Position numbers and translations under genes: made by a program. DNA of 64,000 bases. It comes from Candidatus Bathyarchaeota archaeon (GTDB taxonomy: Archaea; Thermoproteota; Bathyarchaeia; Bathyarchaeales; Bathycorpusculaceae). Below, in pieces: positions 1-9,693 of this stretch (its first letter is position 1; every line of letters starts with the position of its first letter). The notes under the pieces are model-generated. The model did not search any database. It was not told the origin of the DNA and worked only from the letters and a program-made list of their open reading frames with translations. Location: NCBI GenBank assembly GCA_963806535.1, contig CAWDYC010000004.1, forward strand, positions 32,001 through 96,000. The letters run 5' to 3'.

Positions 1-422
1 TCCCCAATGGTGTCCCATGCGTTTCTGACGCAAGCCAAAGCAGATGGATGGAATATGTCTATCAGCAACAACCAATGCCAACCAACACAACAGGTGTTCC
101 AGTGACAATCAGCGTATTGGACTCCAACAACAACTTCAGAACAATTGGAACAACCACAAGCTCCGCAAGCGGCTTCTACAGCTACGTTTGGACACCTGAC
201 ATTACAGGGACATTCCACATCTATGCATCATTCGCAGGCTCTAACTCCTACTATGGTTCATCAGCTGAAACATCCATTAACGCAATCCAACCACCCACAA
301 CAGCGCCAACACAGCAAGCAGTGCAACAACAAGCCGACTATAACATCCCAATTATTGGGGTGGGAATCGCAATGATAATTGCGGTTGCATTAGTAGGTTT
401 GATACTCTACAGGAAACATTAA
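1..422 (+). CDS. C-terminal part of a PQQ-like beta-propeller surface protein (paralog 1, 5' end outside the window)
   Basis: PNGVPCVSDASQSRWMEYVYQQQPMP...WTPDI...FAGSNSYY block shared with four other paralogs in the window; T/Q-rich linker, C-terminal TM helix and basic tail. Confidence 0.85.
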   Translation, partial: PNGVPCVSDASQSRWMEYVYQQQPMPTNTTGVPVTISVLDSNNNFRTIGTTTSSASGFYSYVWTPDITGTFHIYASFAGSNSYYGSSAETSINAIQPPTTAPTQQAVQQQADYNIPIIGVGIAMIIAVALVGLILYRKH

Positions 423-965
423 ATAGAAAAATCAAAAATCTTACTTCCCTTTTTTTTGGATTTTCAGTCCAGTGTGAACTCTAAAATATTCAGTTCTTTT
501 TGCATTATACTATTAAAAAGTCCACTGTGACAAACAGATTTTAATGTTTATGGAGTTTTCAAGAAAAAGAAAATACATGCCAATTAGCTGCCCGATTTCT
601 TTTGTTTTCAAAACAAATTATGCTTGGTCTTAAAGGGCTAACCGCGAGAATCTAGTTGAAAAAGCAGCGTTTTTTTGGGTTTGTAAGCTTACAATTTTCG
701 GAATGATGTTTATTAGCGGGCGCTTCGGCAATAGATTGGAGAAGGCAGAAGTGTATATTATAATTGAGAAGTGCTGGAAGGTTTTGAAAAGCGAGTTTTC
801 CGAGTATTATCTCGCCATTTTTTCTAGGAAGGAAGGAGCTCCAATTTGCATAGTCTTATGCTTAATGACAATTGGGTCTTACGTATTAATGCACATTTAA
901 TCTCTATTGCTCAAAAGAATTGAAAAAAGAAAAAAGGGCTGTTTGCTAGTTTCGAGTTTTTTATT

Positions 966-3900
966 TTAGGGTGCTTTAGTTGGGTGCTTTCTTTTTTGCA
1001 TTAGCCCCATTGTAACTGCACCGAGGATGATTATGGCTGCTATAACTGTAACGTATTGGCCTATTGTTGCAAGCGTTATTGTCGGAGTTGGGCTGGGATT
1101 AGTGGTCGAAGTAGGTGTAGCTGTTGGTGAAGGTGATGGAGTTGGTGATGTTGTGGGATGTGACGAGTTTATTGAGGGTTGGCTTATTGTCCAATAGAAT
1201 CTTGGTATTGAAATTGTTGATGGATATGTTTGAGTGGTGAATACGACATCTATTTGATGAGTGCTGAAATGAGTTGTGTACGTTATGTAGAAGTTGTCAG
1301 AGTCTTCAGTACATAATTGGTTTTCAGCAACTACGCCGTCTATGTAAACTACTGGATTCGTTCCGAAGGGTATGGCTATTTTTGGAAGGGTTAAGTAGCA
1401 GAAGCCTTCTGTTCCGGCAGGTCCAGTTAAATTAAAGTTTACTGTGGTAATCTTAAGGTCTTGATTTGGCGTAATTGTCATGTTAGAGAACTGATCTACA
1501 GTTACATTGCCACCGATCTGCACAGCATAGGTTGTATTGTCTGTGGTTTCAGTTGCGATAATAGTATTGCTGTTACTTTGGGTGAAAGCTATTGTTTTAG
1601 AAATATCGGATCCTGCAATAGTCAATGTTCCTGAATAATCAGCAGTTGCGTACCCATTTGGCGCTGTCAATGTGTAAGTGTAGTCACCGTCAGCATAGCC
1701 GGTGAAGGTTATGGTGTCTGTAGTTGAAGTTTGAGTTACTCCGTTAAAAGTTACGCTCCAACTTGTTCCTGAGGCTAAGCCGTTTTGGTTGAAAATCACA
1801 TTGAAGACATTTGGTGTATTGTTGGACTCTTCGATGAACACTGGCGTTAGGGTTAGGTTTGAGTCCAATGTTAGAGTTATTGGGTTGCTTGAGTTTGTTT
1901 CGTCGCCAATTATCCAATTGGAGAAAATGTATCCTGGCGCTGCGGTTGCGGTGATATTTACTTCTGAACCATAGGGGTAAATGTGTACTCCAGAGGTTAG
2001 ATTTGTTGCTCCGCCTACTGACTCTGTGATGTTAAGTTGCAGACTTGTGGTGACATCGAATACCTCAATTAAGTGATCTTGGTTCATGGTTACTGAAAAT
2101 GAAATGTCAGTGGTGTTTACGCCGTCAATACCTAAGTGGTCAAATGTCCATTCCGGCGGCATGTTGTCTAAGTCTACTTCGCCGCTAAAAACTTGCCCTT
2201 CAACGAATGTCATCGTCTCATTATCAGTTAATACATCATCAACGAACAGTCTGACTGTTAGGTTGTAGGTGCGCGTGAAGTTAGCAGTAATGGTTTTGTC
2301 GCTGTCTATGGTTATGGAAGTGTTTGTTGCGCCTGATGCGTCTCCGCTCCAACCGCTAAAAATCCAGCCATCAGCAGGAATCGCTACAAGGTCTACGTTG
2401 GTTCCTAACGGATAACTTTGGTTACCAGGTAAAACGGTGCCTTGACCGACCGTGATTATGGTTAAGCTGTAGGTTTCTTGAGTAAATGTGGCAGTTACTG
2501 TTTTATCGGTATCGATGGTTATGGAAGTGTTCGTTGTGCCTGATGCATCGCCGCTCCAACCGCTAAAAGTCCAGCCGTCAGCGGGTATTGCTTCTAAATC
2601 AACGTATGAGCCTACGGCGTACGTTTGGTTGCCTGGGTTAACTGTTCCTTGTCCCACAGTGTTCATGGTTAAGGTGTGTTGGTCAAGTGAACCGTATGCG
2701 TTTAATTCGCCCCAACCTGAGGATATGTAGAGTATACCGTTGGCGATAACTGGAGAAGTGCCTTCAGATTCAAACATGTCCACATATTGATTCCAAATTT
2801 CTTCGCCAGTGAATGCATTTACCGCATGTAACTGCATGAAGTCGCTGTAATAGAGCATGCTGCCTGCAACGACAGGTTGACCTCGTGTATAGTCCGATGT
2901 CGCGCCCACCCATATTTGGCTGCCAGTGGTTGCATTCAAAGCACACATGGAACCGCCATAAACACACAAATAAACCATACCATGAGCTATAGCCACACTG
3001 CCTAAATCGACCATAGAGCTAGTCCATATCTCCGCCCCAGTTGTTACATTGAGAGCAACTGTCATGCCAACGCCATTTCCATCATAAAAACTTGAATAAA
3101 CAATGCCGTCTGCTACAGCAGGTGAAGTTACAGAGTCCCCTGATATTCCATAGTGCCAGAGTTCTGTGCCGCTGGTTGCGTTTAAAGCGTAGGTGTTTCC
3201 ATCATTTGAACTGATAAAAACTATACCGTAAGCAACTGCAGGTGAAGACGAAACGGCTCCGCCTGTTGTATGGCTCCAAAGAAGAGTGCCGTCGGCTGCG
3301 TCAAAAGCGTATGCTTTGTTATCGTCTGAGCCTATGTAGAGAACGCCATTATCTACGGCTGGAGATGACTCGATTGTGCTGCCTGTACTGTAAGTCCAGA
3401 CTGAGCTGCCTGTACTATCATTTATGGCTAAAACTGTGCCATCGCCTGCGCCAATATATATTATGCCATTGCAAACAGCAGGTGAAGAAGAATCAATGTA
3501 TGTGCCTACATTGTATGTTGTAATCAGGGCGCCTGTAGTTGCGTTAACAACATCCAGATTGTCAAAATCGCCATTCGCCAAGTACAAAATGCCGTCAACA
3601 ACTGCAGGACTTGACCCCATCATTCCCATCATAAAACCCCCTATCGATTGCGTCCACAAAAGGTTGCTTGTTAGGGGCGCCGGGGAAGTCGAGTATCCGT
3701 TGTGGGTTACGCCGTTTCCAGACATCCACCAATTGTACGATTGCGCAGTGAACGTCACTGAATGCTGGCTATTGGCGCCGTTTACAATTAGTGTGTCTGA
3801 TGTAGTTGATGTATCATAGCCTGTTGGAGCATTGATGATGTAGCTGTGTGTGCCATCTGCAATGCCTTGGAACATGACTGTGGAAGTTGTGCTGGTTACG

Positions 3901-4070
3901 GTTGTGTCGTCTAAGGTGACTGACCAGCTAATGCCTGAGGCTAAACCAGTCTCGGAGAATGTCACGTTGTATGCAGGTTCCGCTGAAGCGGTCGTTGTGT
4001 ATAAAGCTGCGTAGAAAGCTAAGCATAACAAACTGATTATTACTATTGATAATGATTTATTTTTGTTCAT
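966..4070 (-). CDS. Mosaic surface protein: signal peptide, thermopsin-like repeats, PQQ-like beta-propeller, InlB-B/Flg_new-like repeats, TM anchor
   Basis: Repeated SSPAV.DG.LY propeller motifs; two near-identical 69-aa repeats (PADGW.FSGWSGDASG); YNVTFSETGLASG.SWSV repeats; PT-rich linker and TM; ATG at 4070 chosen. Confidence 0.85.
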   Translation of the reverse strand: MNKNKSLSIVIISLLCLAFYAALYTTTASAEPAYNVTFSETGLASGISWSVTLDDTTVTSTTSTVMFQGIADGTHSYIINAPTGYDTSTTSDTLIVNGANSQHSVTFTAQSYNWWMSGNGVTHNGYSTSPAPLTSNLLWTQSIGGFMMGMMGSSPAVVDGILYLANGDFDNLDVVNATTGALITTYNVGTYIDSSSPAVCNGIIYIGAGDGTVLAINDSTGSSVWTYSTGSTIESSPAVDNGVLYIGSDDNKAYAFDAADGTLLWSHTTGGAVSSSPAVAYGIVFISSNDGNTYALNATSGTELWHYGISGDSVTSPAVADGIVYSSFYDGNGVGMTVALNVTTGAEIWTSSMVDLGSVAIAHGMVYLCVYGGSMCALNATTGSQIWVGATSDYTRGQPVVAGSMLYYSDFMQLHAVNAFTGEEIWNQYVDMFESEGTSPVIANGILYISSGWGELNAYGSLDQHTLTMNTVGQGTVNPGNQTYAVGSYVDLEAIPADGWTFSGWSGDASGTTNTSITIDTDKTVTATFTQETYSLTIITVGQGTVLPGNQSYPLGTNVDLVAIPADGWIFSGWSGDASGATNTSITIDSDKTITANFTRTYNLTVRLFVDDVLTDNETMTFVEGQVFSGEVDLDNMPPEWTFDHLGIDGVNTTDISFSVTMNQDHLIEVFDVTTSLQLNITESVGGATNLTSGVHIYPYGSEVNITATAAPGYIFSNWIIGDETNSSNPITLTLDSNLTLTPVFIEESNNTPNVFNVIFNQNGLASGTSWSVTFNGVTQTSTTDTITFTGYADGDYTYTLTAPNGYATADYSGTLTIAGSDISKTIAFTQSNSNTIIATETTDNTTYAVQIGGNVTVDQFSNMTITPNQDLKITTVNFNLTGPAGTEGFCYLTLPKIAIPFGTNPVVYIDGVVAENQLCTEDSDNFYITYTTHFSTHQIDVVFTTQTYPSTISIPRFYWTISQPSINSSHPTTSPTPSPSPTATPTSTTNPSPTPTITLATIGQYVTVIAAIIILGAVTMGLMQKRKHPTKAP

Positions 4071-4446
4071 TTGTTCAATCAACTTTTTATTACTTGTTGG
4101 ATTTCGTTAGAAGCAAAGTGGCGTCCGACCTATTTATGCTTTATTAACTCTTCATATACAATACAACATATTCGGCGAATTTACAACAAGAAGACCGCCA
4201 ATAAACCCCTAAGCATCTTTAAGCCCAGCGCATTCATTATAAATCTATTAACCCTCAAAGCTAAGCTTATCATTCAGGTTAAGTCGAGATATCTGTAGCT
4301 TATTATAATGCTCTTTTAGATTCAGTAATGTCAGACAAAACAAACTCAGTTTTAAAAGAAATGGCTCAGAGTAATATGACTGAGATCCCAGTAGTGTTTC
4401 TTATAATTCTGGCAAAAGTGAATTATTCGGTGTCAAAAGCATGGCT

Positions 4447-4510
4447 GAGTAGACCGAGGGATTTGGACACGGCCCATAGTGGAGATATCACCAGCAGTAC
4501 CTCTTTTTTT
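4447..4510 (-). repeat. Degenerate tRNA-Ala 3'-end att-like site with conserved arm (copy A)
   Basis: GAGTAGACCGAGGGATTTGGACAC, 9 nt, TGGAGATATCACCAGC, AGTACCTCTTTTTTT. Confidence 0.7.
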
Positions 4511-4584
4511 GAATTATACTTTCTTTGAAAATGTCTTAATTTAGCTCCACCATAAAACTAAAATCATCGAAAAGATTACAGGTA

Positions 4585-5139
4585 GTGGTGCTAAGATTGT
4601 TTATTTCAGGTAAGTCAAATTTAACACGAAACATAATATCCCTTGCAATATTTGTTTTCATCATAATGGTTGTCGGACCAATAACAATGCAAGGAGCGTA
4701 CGCAGCTCCCACTATAACGTTAAACCCCACAAGCGGACCAACAGGCACAACCGTGCATATTTACGGTTCAGGATTCACACCGAACGGTCAAATACAGAGC
4801 CAACTTTGGAACGGAACAAGCGCCTACAGCTTCACCGCTGATGCAACTGGGAACCTAAATACGACCACCGTAGTTCCCAATGTAGAGTCAGGACCTTATG
4901 TGTTTATAGTAATAGATGCGTCGAGCCAAGGTACAACGCAAACACAATTCACAGTAACTCAATCATCAACTTCTCCTACGCCAACCACAACCTCTTCTAC
5001 GTCAGCATCGCCCTCACCAACGCCCAGCGTTCCAGAACTTCAGTTGCCAGTTGTTGTTCTAATCCTGTTCATTGCAACATCTAGCTTAGCCGTTTCGACG
5101 GTTAGAAAACGCAAGACGGTTACCATCCAAAGCATTTAA
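4585..5139 (+). CDS. Small secreted Ig/IPT-like protein with PEF-CTERM-like sorting signal
   Basis: Signal peptide; PTSGPTGTTVHIYGSGF motif; S/T/P linker; VPEL + TM helix + RKRK. Confidence 0.75.
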   Translation: MVLRLFISGKSNLTRNIISLAIFVFIIMVVGPITMQGAYAAPTITLNPTSGPTGTTVHIYGSGFTPNGQIQSQLWNGTSAYSFTADATGNLNTTTVVPNVESGPYVFIVIDASSQGTTQTQFTVTQSSTSPTPTTTSSTSASPSPTPSVPELQLPVVVLILFIATSSLAVSTVRKRKTVTIQSI

Positions 5140-5201
5140 AAAACCTATTTTGTATTTTTTTATAATAAACTTGTAAGAAGCCAAAGCCCCACTATACCAA
5201 G

Positions 5202-5265
5202 TGGTGGACCGGGGGGATTTGAACCCTTTCCCGTGCCGTGATTTCATTCGCAAAACCCCTTTTTT
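5202..5265 (-). repeat. tRNA-Ala 3'-end att-like site with arm (copy B, includes CCA)
   Basis: TGGTGGACCGGGGGGATTTGAACCC, 9 nt, degenerate palindrome, AAAACCCCTTTTTT. Confidence 0.85.
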
Positions 5266-5359
5266 CTTTTGTGCATACTTAGCGAAGGCGAACAAAATGT
5301 ACAAAATCGTTAGTTGCCCTCATTGCGGCAAAATTATCCCGGAGCATACACTCAAATGA

Positions 5360-5491
5360 GGATCAACACGAAAGATCGTAACTGGTCCAGAGTGTGGCAG
5401 TCAAAGTAACTGCAAAGATGAGGAGGGAAATACACGAATAGGAAAAATTCAGACCTACCTCTGCTGTGATTGCAGCCACAGGGTTTCTTAA
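5360..5491 (+). pseudogene. Remnant IS1-InsA-like zinc ribbon (N-terminus of an integrase or transposase)
   Basis: Hand translation: IVTGPECGSQSNCKDEEGNTRIGKIQTYLCCDCSHRVS*, resembling CPxCGS....KDG......QRYLCxxCG.RF; no in-frame start. Confidence 0.6.
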
Positions 5492-5718
5492 TAAATTGGT
5501 ATTTTCCAAGATTCTATAGAAAAATTTTCGCTTTTATGAGCGACTTAATAATCTGTTCGATTTCTTTTTCATTTAACATTAACTTAAACTTGATTCGACT
5601 TCGGGCTTTTCCACAAATATTTTCCAGAGGGCGATAATTGTTTACTGGCGCAAAGTAAAGAAAAACCAGAAATTGACAGCGTTTAAACAGCTCAGTCTAA
5701 AGCACAATTTAATTCTGG

Positions 5719-8700
5719 TTAGGTTGGTTCGATTCGATAGTTTTCTTTTCCATTCCTGTTTAGTTTTGGAATCGTCAGGGTGAATTTAGCTCCGTTTCCG
5801 GGGGTGCTGTTTTCCTCAATTTCCCATCCATAAATGTCCATCATTTTTTTGATCAAAAATAGTCCAAATCCTGTGCTGCCGCCTGTGCTATACCCTTCCT
5901 TGAAAAGAAACTGTTTATTCTTAGAAAGTACACCCACTCCATTATCCTCATAAACCAACTTAAGACAGTCCTGACCATCTGTATTTTCAAAGTGAACTCT
6001 TATAGTCGTGGCTTTTTGGCCGTATTTTCGGGTATTGTCGATGAAATTGTAGAACATCTGTCTTAGAAATGAATCAGCTAGAATTTTCAGACCATTGCAT
6101 TCATTAATTATATTGGGAAGTGAACCGGAAAAGAGTGAAACAGCTTCTTTTAGCTTGATCTCAACATCTATGTAAACCAAATCTTCTATTCCTAGTTGTT
6201 CATACATTTTTGCGAACTCAAAGATTTTCACAGATTCTGCCACGGCTCGCTCCATAGTGGTAAGCCCATCCACCACATCTACTAAATCACTGTGCTTTTT
6301 CTTGAGAAGATATGCACAACCATTTACTACTGACAATTTATTGCGAACATCATGTCTAGTTAAACTGCCCACGACACCTAATTTTTCGTTAACTAATACT
6401 AACTGATCCACCATCTGGTTTACTTTTTCTTCAGCTTTTTTGCGCTCAGTAACGTCCCTAGCAATGGCTGCAAAACAACGGGTCTCATTAATTCGTAGCT
6501 CGGTCATAGATATCTCTATTAAAAGTTCAGACCCGTCTTTTCTAAGGGCAGGGAGTTCTTGAATTTCGCCTGTAATCTGTATGTTTTCAGCTAAACTATT
6601 GGTTGAGGTTAGATTAGCATGGTTATTGCGAAACTTTGTCGATGGTATTATTTCGTTTAGTTTTTTGACAACTGCTTCTTCTTTTGTGTAACCAAAAATT
6701 TGTTCAGAAGCTGGATTCCAATATATTATTCGGTCTTTATCATCAAACAGAAATATTGCGTCAATTGCCGATTCACTAATGGCTCTAAACTTAGCGTCAC
6801 TTGCCTAGTAAATCTTGTTCCATAGACTTACGTTTAGTAATGTCTATACTTAGCTCCGATACAGCGATAATTTTGTTATTTTCATCTTTAATTGGTGTGG
6901 CAACGATTTCGACCCAATAGGGCTTGCCATCCACAGTAGTGGAGCAGTACTCATGTGAATCAGAAGTTGTTTTTCCTGCAAAAACCTTCGCAACACCACA
7001 GTCTGGACAAGGTGCCTCCAAAGTGTTTAGTGTCGAGTAGCATAGTTTTCCATTTACATTGCCTTTGTATCTTCTAATAAAGTCGTTTTCCCATAAAATA
7101 TGGTAGTCTTTGCTAATAATAACAAGACCGGCATCAATGCTTGCTGTAACTGACTCAAGCTTTTCTCGCTCTTGCCAAAGAGCACCGTTTGCTTCGATAC
7201 GTTCGGTAATGTCATTGTAGATTGCAATAATGTTTCCATTCGGTAGTTTGTATATCCAGTTTTCGCGCCAGCTACGAATGGTCTTTGTCATCTTTGTAGA
7301 GTGTCGCTGGATAATATTCTGGTTTTCCTGTTCGCCACACTCGTTTAAAAACCTCGAAAATACCAAAACTTTTTACGCTTGGAAAGACTTGTGTCACTCG
7401 CTTGCCAAGAACTGTATCCTTGCCTATTTTCTCGATTTTTTCTGCGGCAGTGTTGAAATTTCTAAAAATAAAATCTTCTCCGTTTTCAACCGCCTCATAA
7501 ATAGCAACTCCACTTGGCATGCTTGAAAACAATTGTCTAAATTGTTCTTCGCTCTGACGCAATGACGCCTCATTTCTTTTCCGTTCAGTGATGTCGGTTA
7601 CTAATTCCAAGTATTGCCGTCTGTCCATTATAATCTATCAACTTCGAATTAATTATTGCTTCAATTTTTCCACCATCTTTAGTGACGAGCTGGTATTCGT
7701 ATGGAGAAACATCTTCTCCTCTCATGTGCTTTGCATAAGACGCCTTCAATAAATCGACGCTTTCGGGACTAGCAATTGAAAGAAAGTTGAAGTTAGGAGA
7801 GTAGAATTCTTTTTTTGAATAGCCCAACGTGTCTTCGCATTTCTTGTTAGCATAAACCACTCTACTCTGAAGATTTATGAAAATCATATTAGGTGATTCT
7901 TCAGCAAGATTTCTGAATTTTTCTTCGCTTTCTTTCAAAGACTCTTCAGTTTTCTTGCGTTCAGTAATATCTGAATTGTAACCACTCCAAAGAATGCTGC
8001 CATCTTCTAACTTTTCTGGAGCAGACTGCCCCCACATCCAACGTATTTTTTGACCTGGAAGTTGTATTCGATACTCACATTGCCAAAGAGATAGATTTGC
8101 TGCCGATTGCTCAATTGAGGCGATTACTTTTTCCAAATCTTCTGGAACTATTGCTTTGGTGATCGGTGAAAAATCTTTTCGAACTTCCTGAGGCGAGCAA
8201 CCAAAAACATCGCGTATCTTGTTAGTTGCAAATGGTACACAAAATGTGCCATCAGGGCTTCTTAAAAACTGAAAAAGCATTCCAGGCGTTTGAGCAGCGA
8301 GTTTCAAAAAGCGAGTTTCGTGATCTTCTAATTCTTCTTTTGTTTTATGACGCTCCACAACTAGTTTGATGCTGTGTGCAAGTTCTCCATAAACGGTTTC
8401 TGGTGAGCCCTGTTTGTTATGATATCCATCTGCGCCAAGGTTTAGCGCCTTGATAGCTACTTCTTCCCTGCCTTTACCAGTAAATAGGATAAATGGAATT
8501 TGATTATTTTGTTCTCGAAGCTCTTTTAGAAATTCCAATCCATTCTTCTGAGGCATTTCATAATCACTAATAACAATATCAAACTTCGCAGATCTTATTT
8601 TTCTGAAGGCCTCATCAACACAACTTGCATGTTCAATTTCGAAGTTGCCTATTTCCAAAAGGATCAACTTTGAGATTTCGAGGATGGAAGAATCATCATC

Positions 8701-8790
8701 AACATGCAAAACTCGAATAACCTTTTCCTTATTTAGGGCAACTAAATCAGTTACTTTTACCTGTATTCCATTCTGGTTGAGGGTTTGCAT
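5719..8790 (-). CDS. Hybrid receiver-multiPAS sensor histidine kinase (frameshifted into several ORFs)
   Basis: N-terminal REC (VLHVDDD, SDYEMP), several PAS/PAC ends (DITERK), H-box RHDVRN, G-boxes DNGVG and GTGFGL-like. Confidence 0.9.
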
Positions 8791-9048
8791 CGTCTATACC
8801 CCCCGGACTAAAATAGTTGCTGAGTCAATAATAAGTCATTTATGAATTTAGAATACTAAAAAACTTGTTGATATCATGAAGTGGGACTTCCATTCTTCAT
8901 CATGATCTTTTATGTCGAGAGGATTATCTGTGTCCCAGCATCTTTTCAAAGTCAGGGCATGATTCATTTAATTTGCTAACAGAGAATTTAAGCCAATCCT
9001 ACAAAATTACAGGAGCCAAAGATGGTTCACAGATTTCTGGTTTATCTG

Positions 9049-9200
9049 CTATTTCTTGACCTGGAGAAGCTTATCTTTGACTGCTTCGGCAACAAACTCT
9101 GTCTGATTCCTTTATTCCAAAAGATTCTTCTCTAAGATCTTATCGACCTCGTTTCGTCAAGCTCGACAGGCAGTTTTACGTTGACATAGCGCTTCGTCAT
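9049..9200 (-). pseudogene. Ribbon-helix-helix (CopG-like) regulator remnant
   Basis: MTKRYVNVKLPVEL.. then, after a frameshift, EVDKILEKNLLE*RNQTEFVAEAVKDKLLQVKK*; has an in-frame stop as well as the frameshift. Confidence 0.65.
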
Positions 9201-9413
9201 AGGTACGGATTTAGCGGAAGCTTCTACGTCCTCACAATGTACGTTGTATTCTGGCATGCGTAAGGTCTTCCAAAATAAGGGGTATAGAGGAAGAGGTCTT
9301 TCGAGTTTTGTCTTATCATCAGAATCTATAAAAACAAACCTAATAATTCTAAGCCACTTCTTTCTATACCAGCCAATCCATGGAAGACCTTGGTGTTTGT
9401 AAGCGAACCGCAT

Positions 9414-9475
9414 GTGGACCGGGGGGATTTGAACCCAGGCAGAAGTGGAGATGTCACCAGCAATTCCCCTTTTTT
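9414..9475 (-). repeat. tRNA-Ala 3'-end att-like site with arm (copy C)
   Basis: GTGGACCGGGGGGATTTGAACCC, 9 nt, TGGAGATGTCACCAGC, AATTCCCCTTTTTT. Confidence 0.85.
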
Positions 9476-9604
9476 CTTCGGCGCACGCGCAGATGTATCA
9501 AAAATTACAAAACTTTTTTGGAAAAATAATAGGGAAAAAAAACAATTTGCTATCTTATAAGGATTTAGCAAGTTATAAGAATAAAACATCATATATAGAT
9601 ATTA

Positions 9605-9670
9605 TTGAGCGAAAGTGCAGTTTACGTTTTTGCTCTCGCTCAGCAAATAAAGGCTTGTGCTTTCGTTCAA
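9605..9670 (+). promoter_or_regulatory. 5'-UTR stem-loop of surface-protein paralog 2
   Basis: TTGAGCGAAAGTGCA pairs with TGTGCTTTCGTTCAA (with G-U pairs); lies between a TTATAA box (about 9573) and AAGGAAAGAA/ATG. Confidence 0.55.
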
Positions 9671-9693
9671 ATAAAATTAAAGGAAAGAAAAAA

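Noticed and set aside
743-753. AGGCAGAAGTG shared with 9437-9447
   Set aside because: 11-bp match without core or palindrome; likely chance.
9445-9693. 83-aa N-terminal extension of paralog 2 in the ORF track
   Set aside because: It runs through the att arm, promoter and leader; the signal peptide and RBS indicate a start at 9694.
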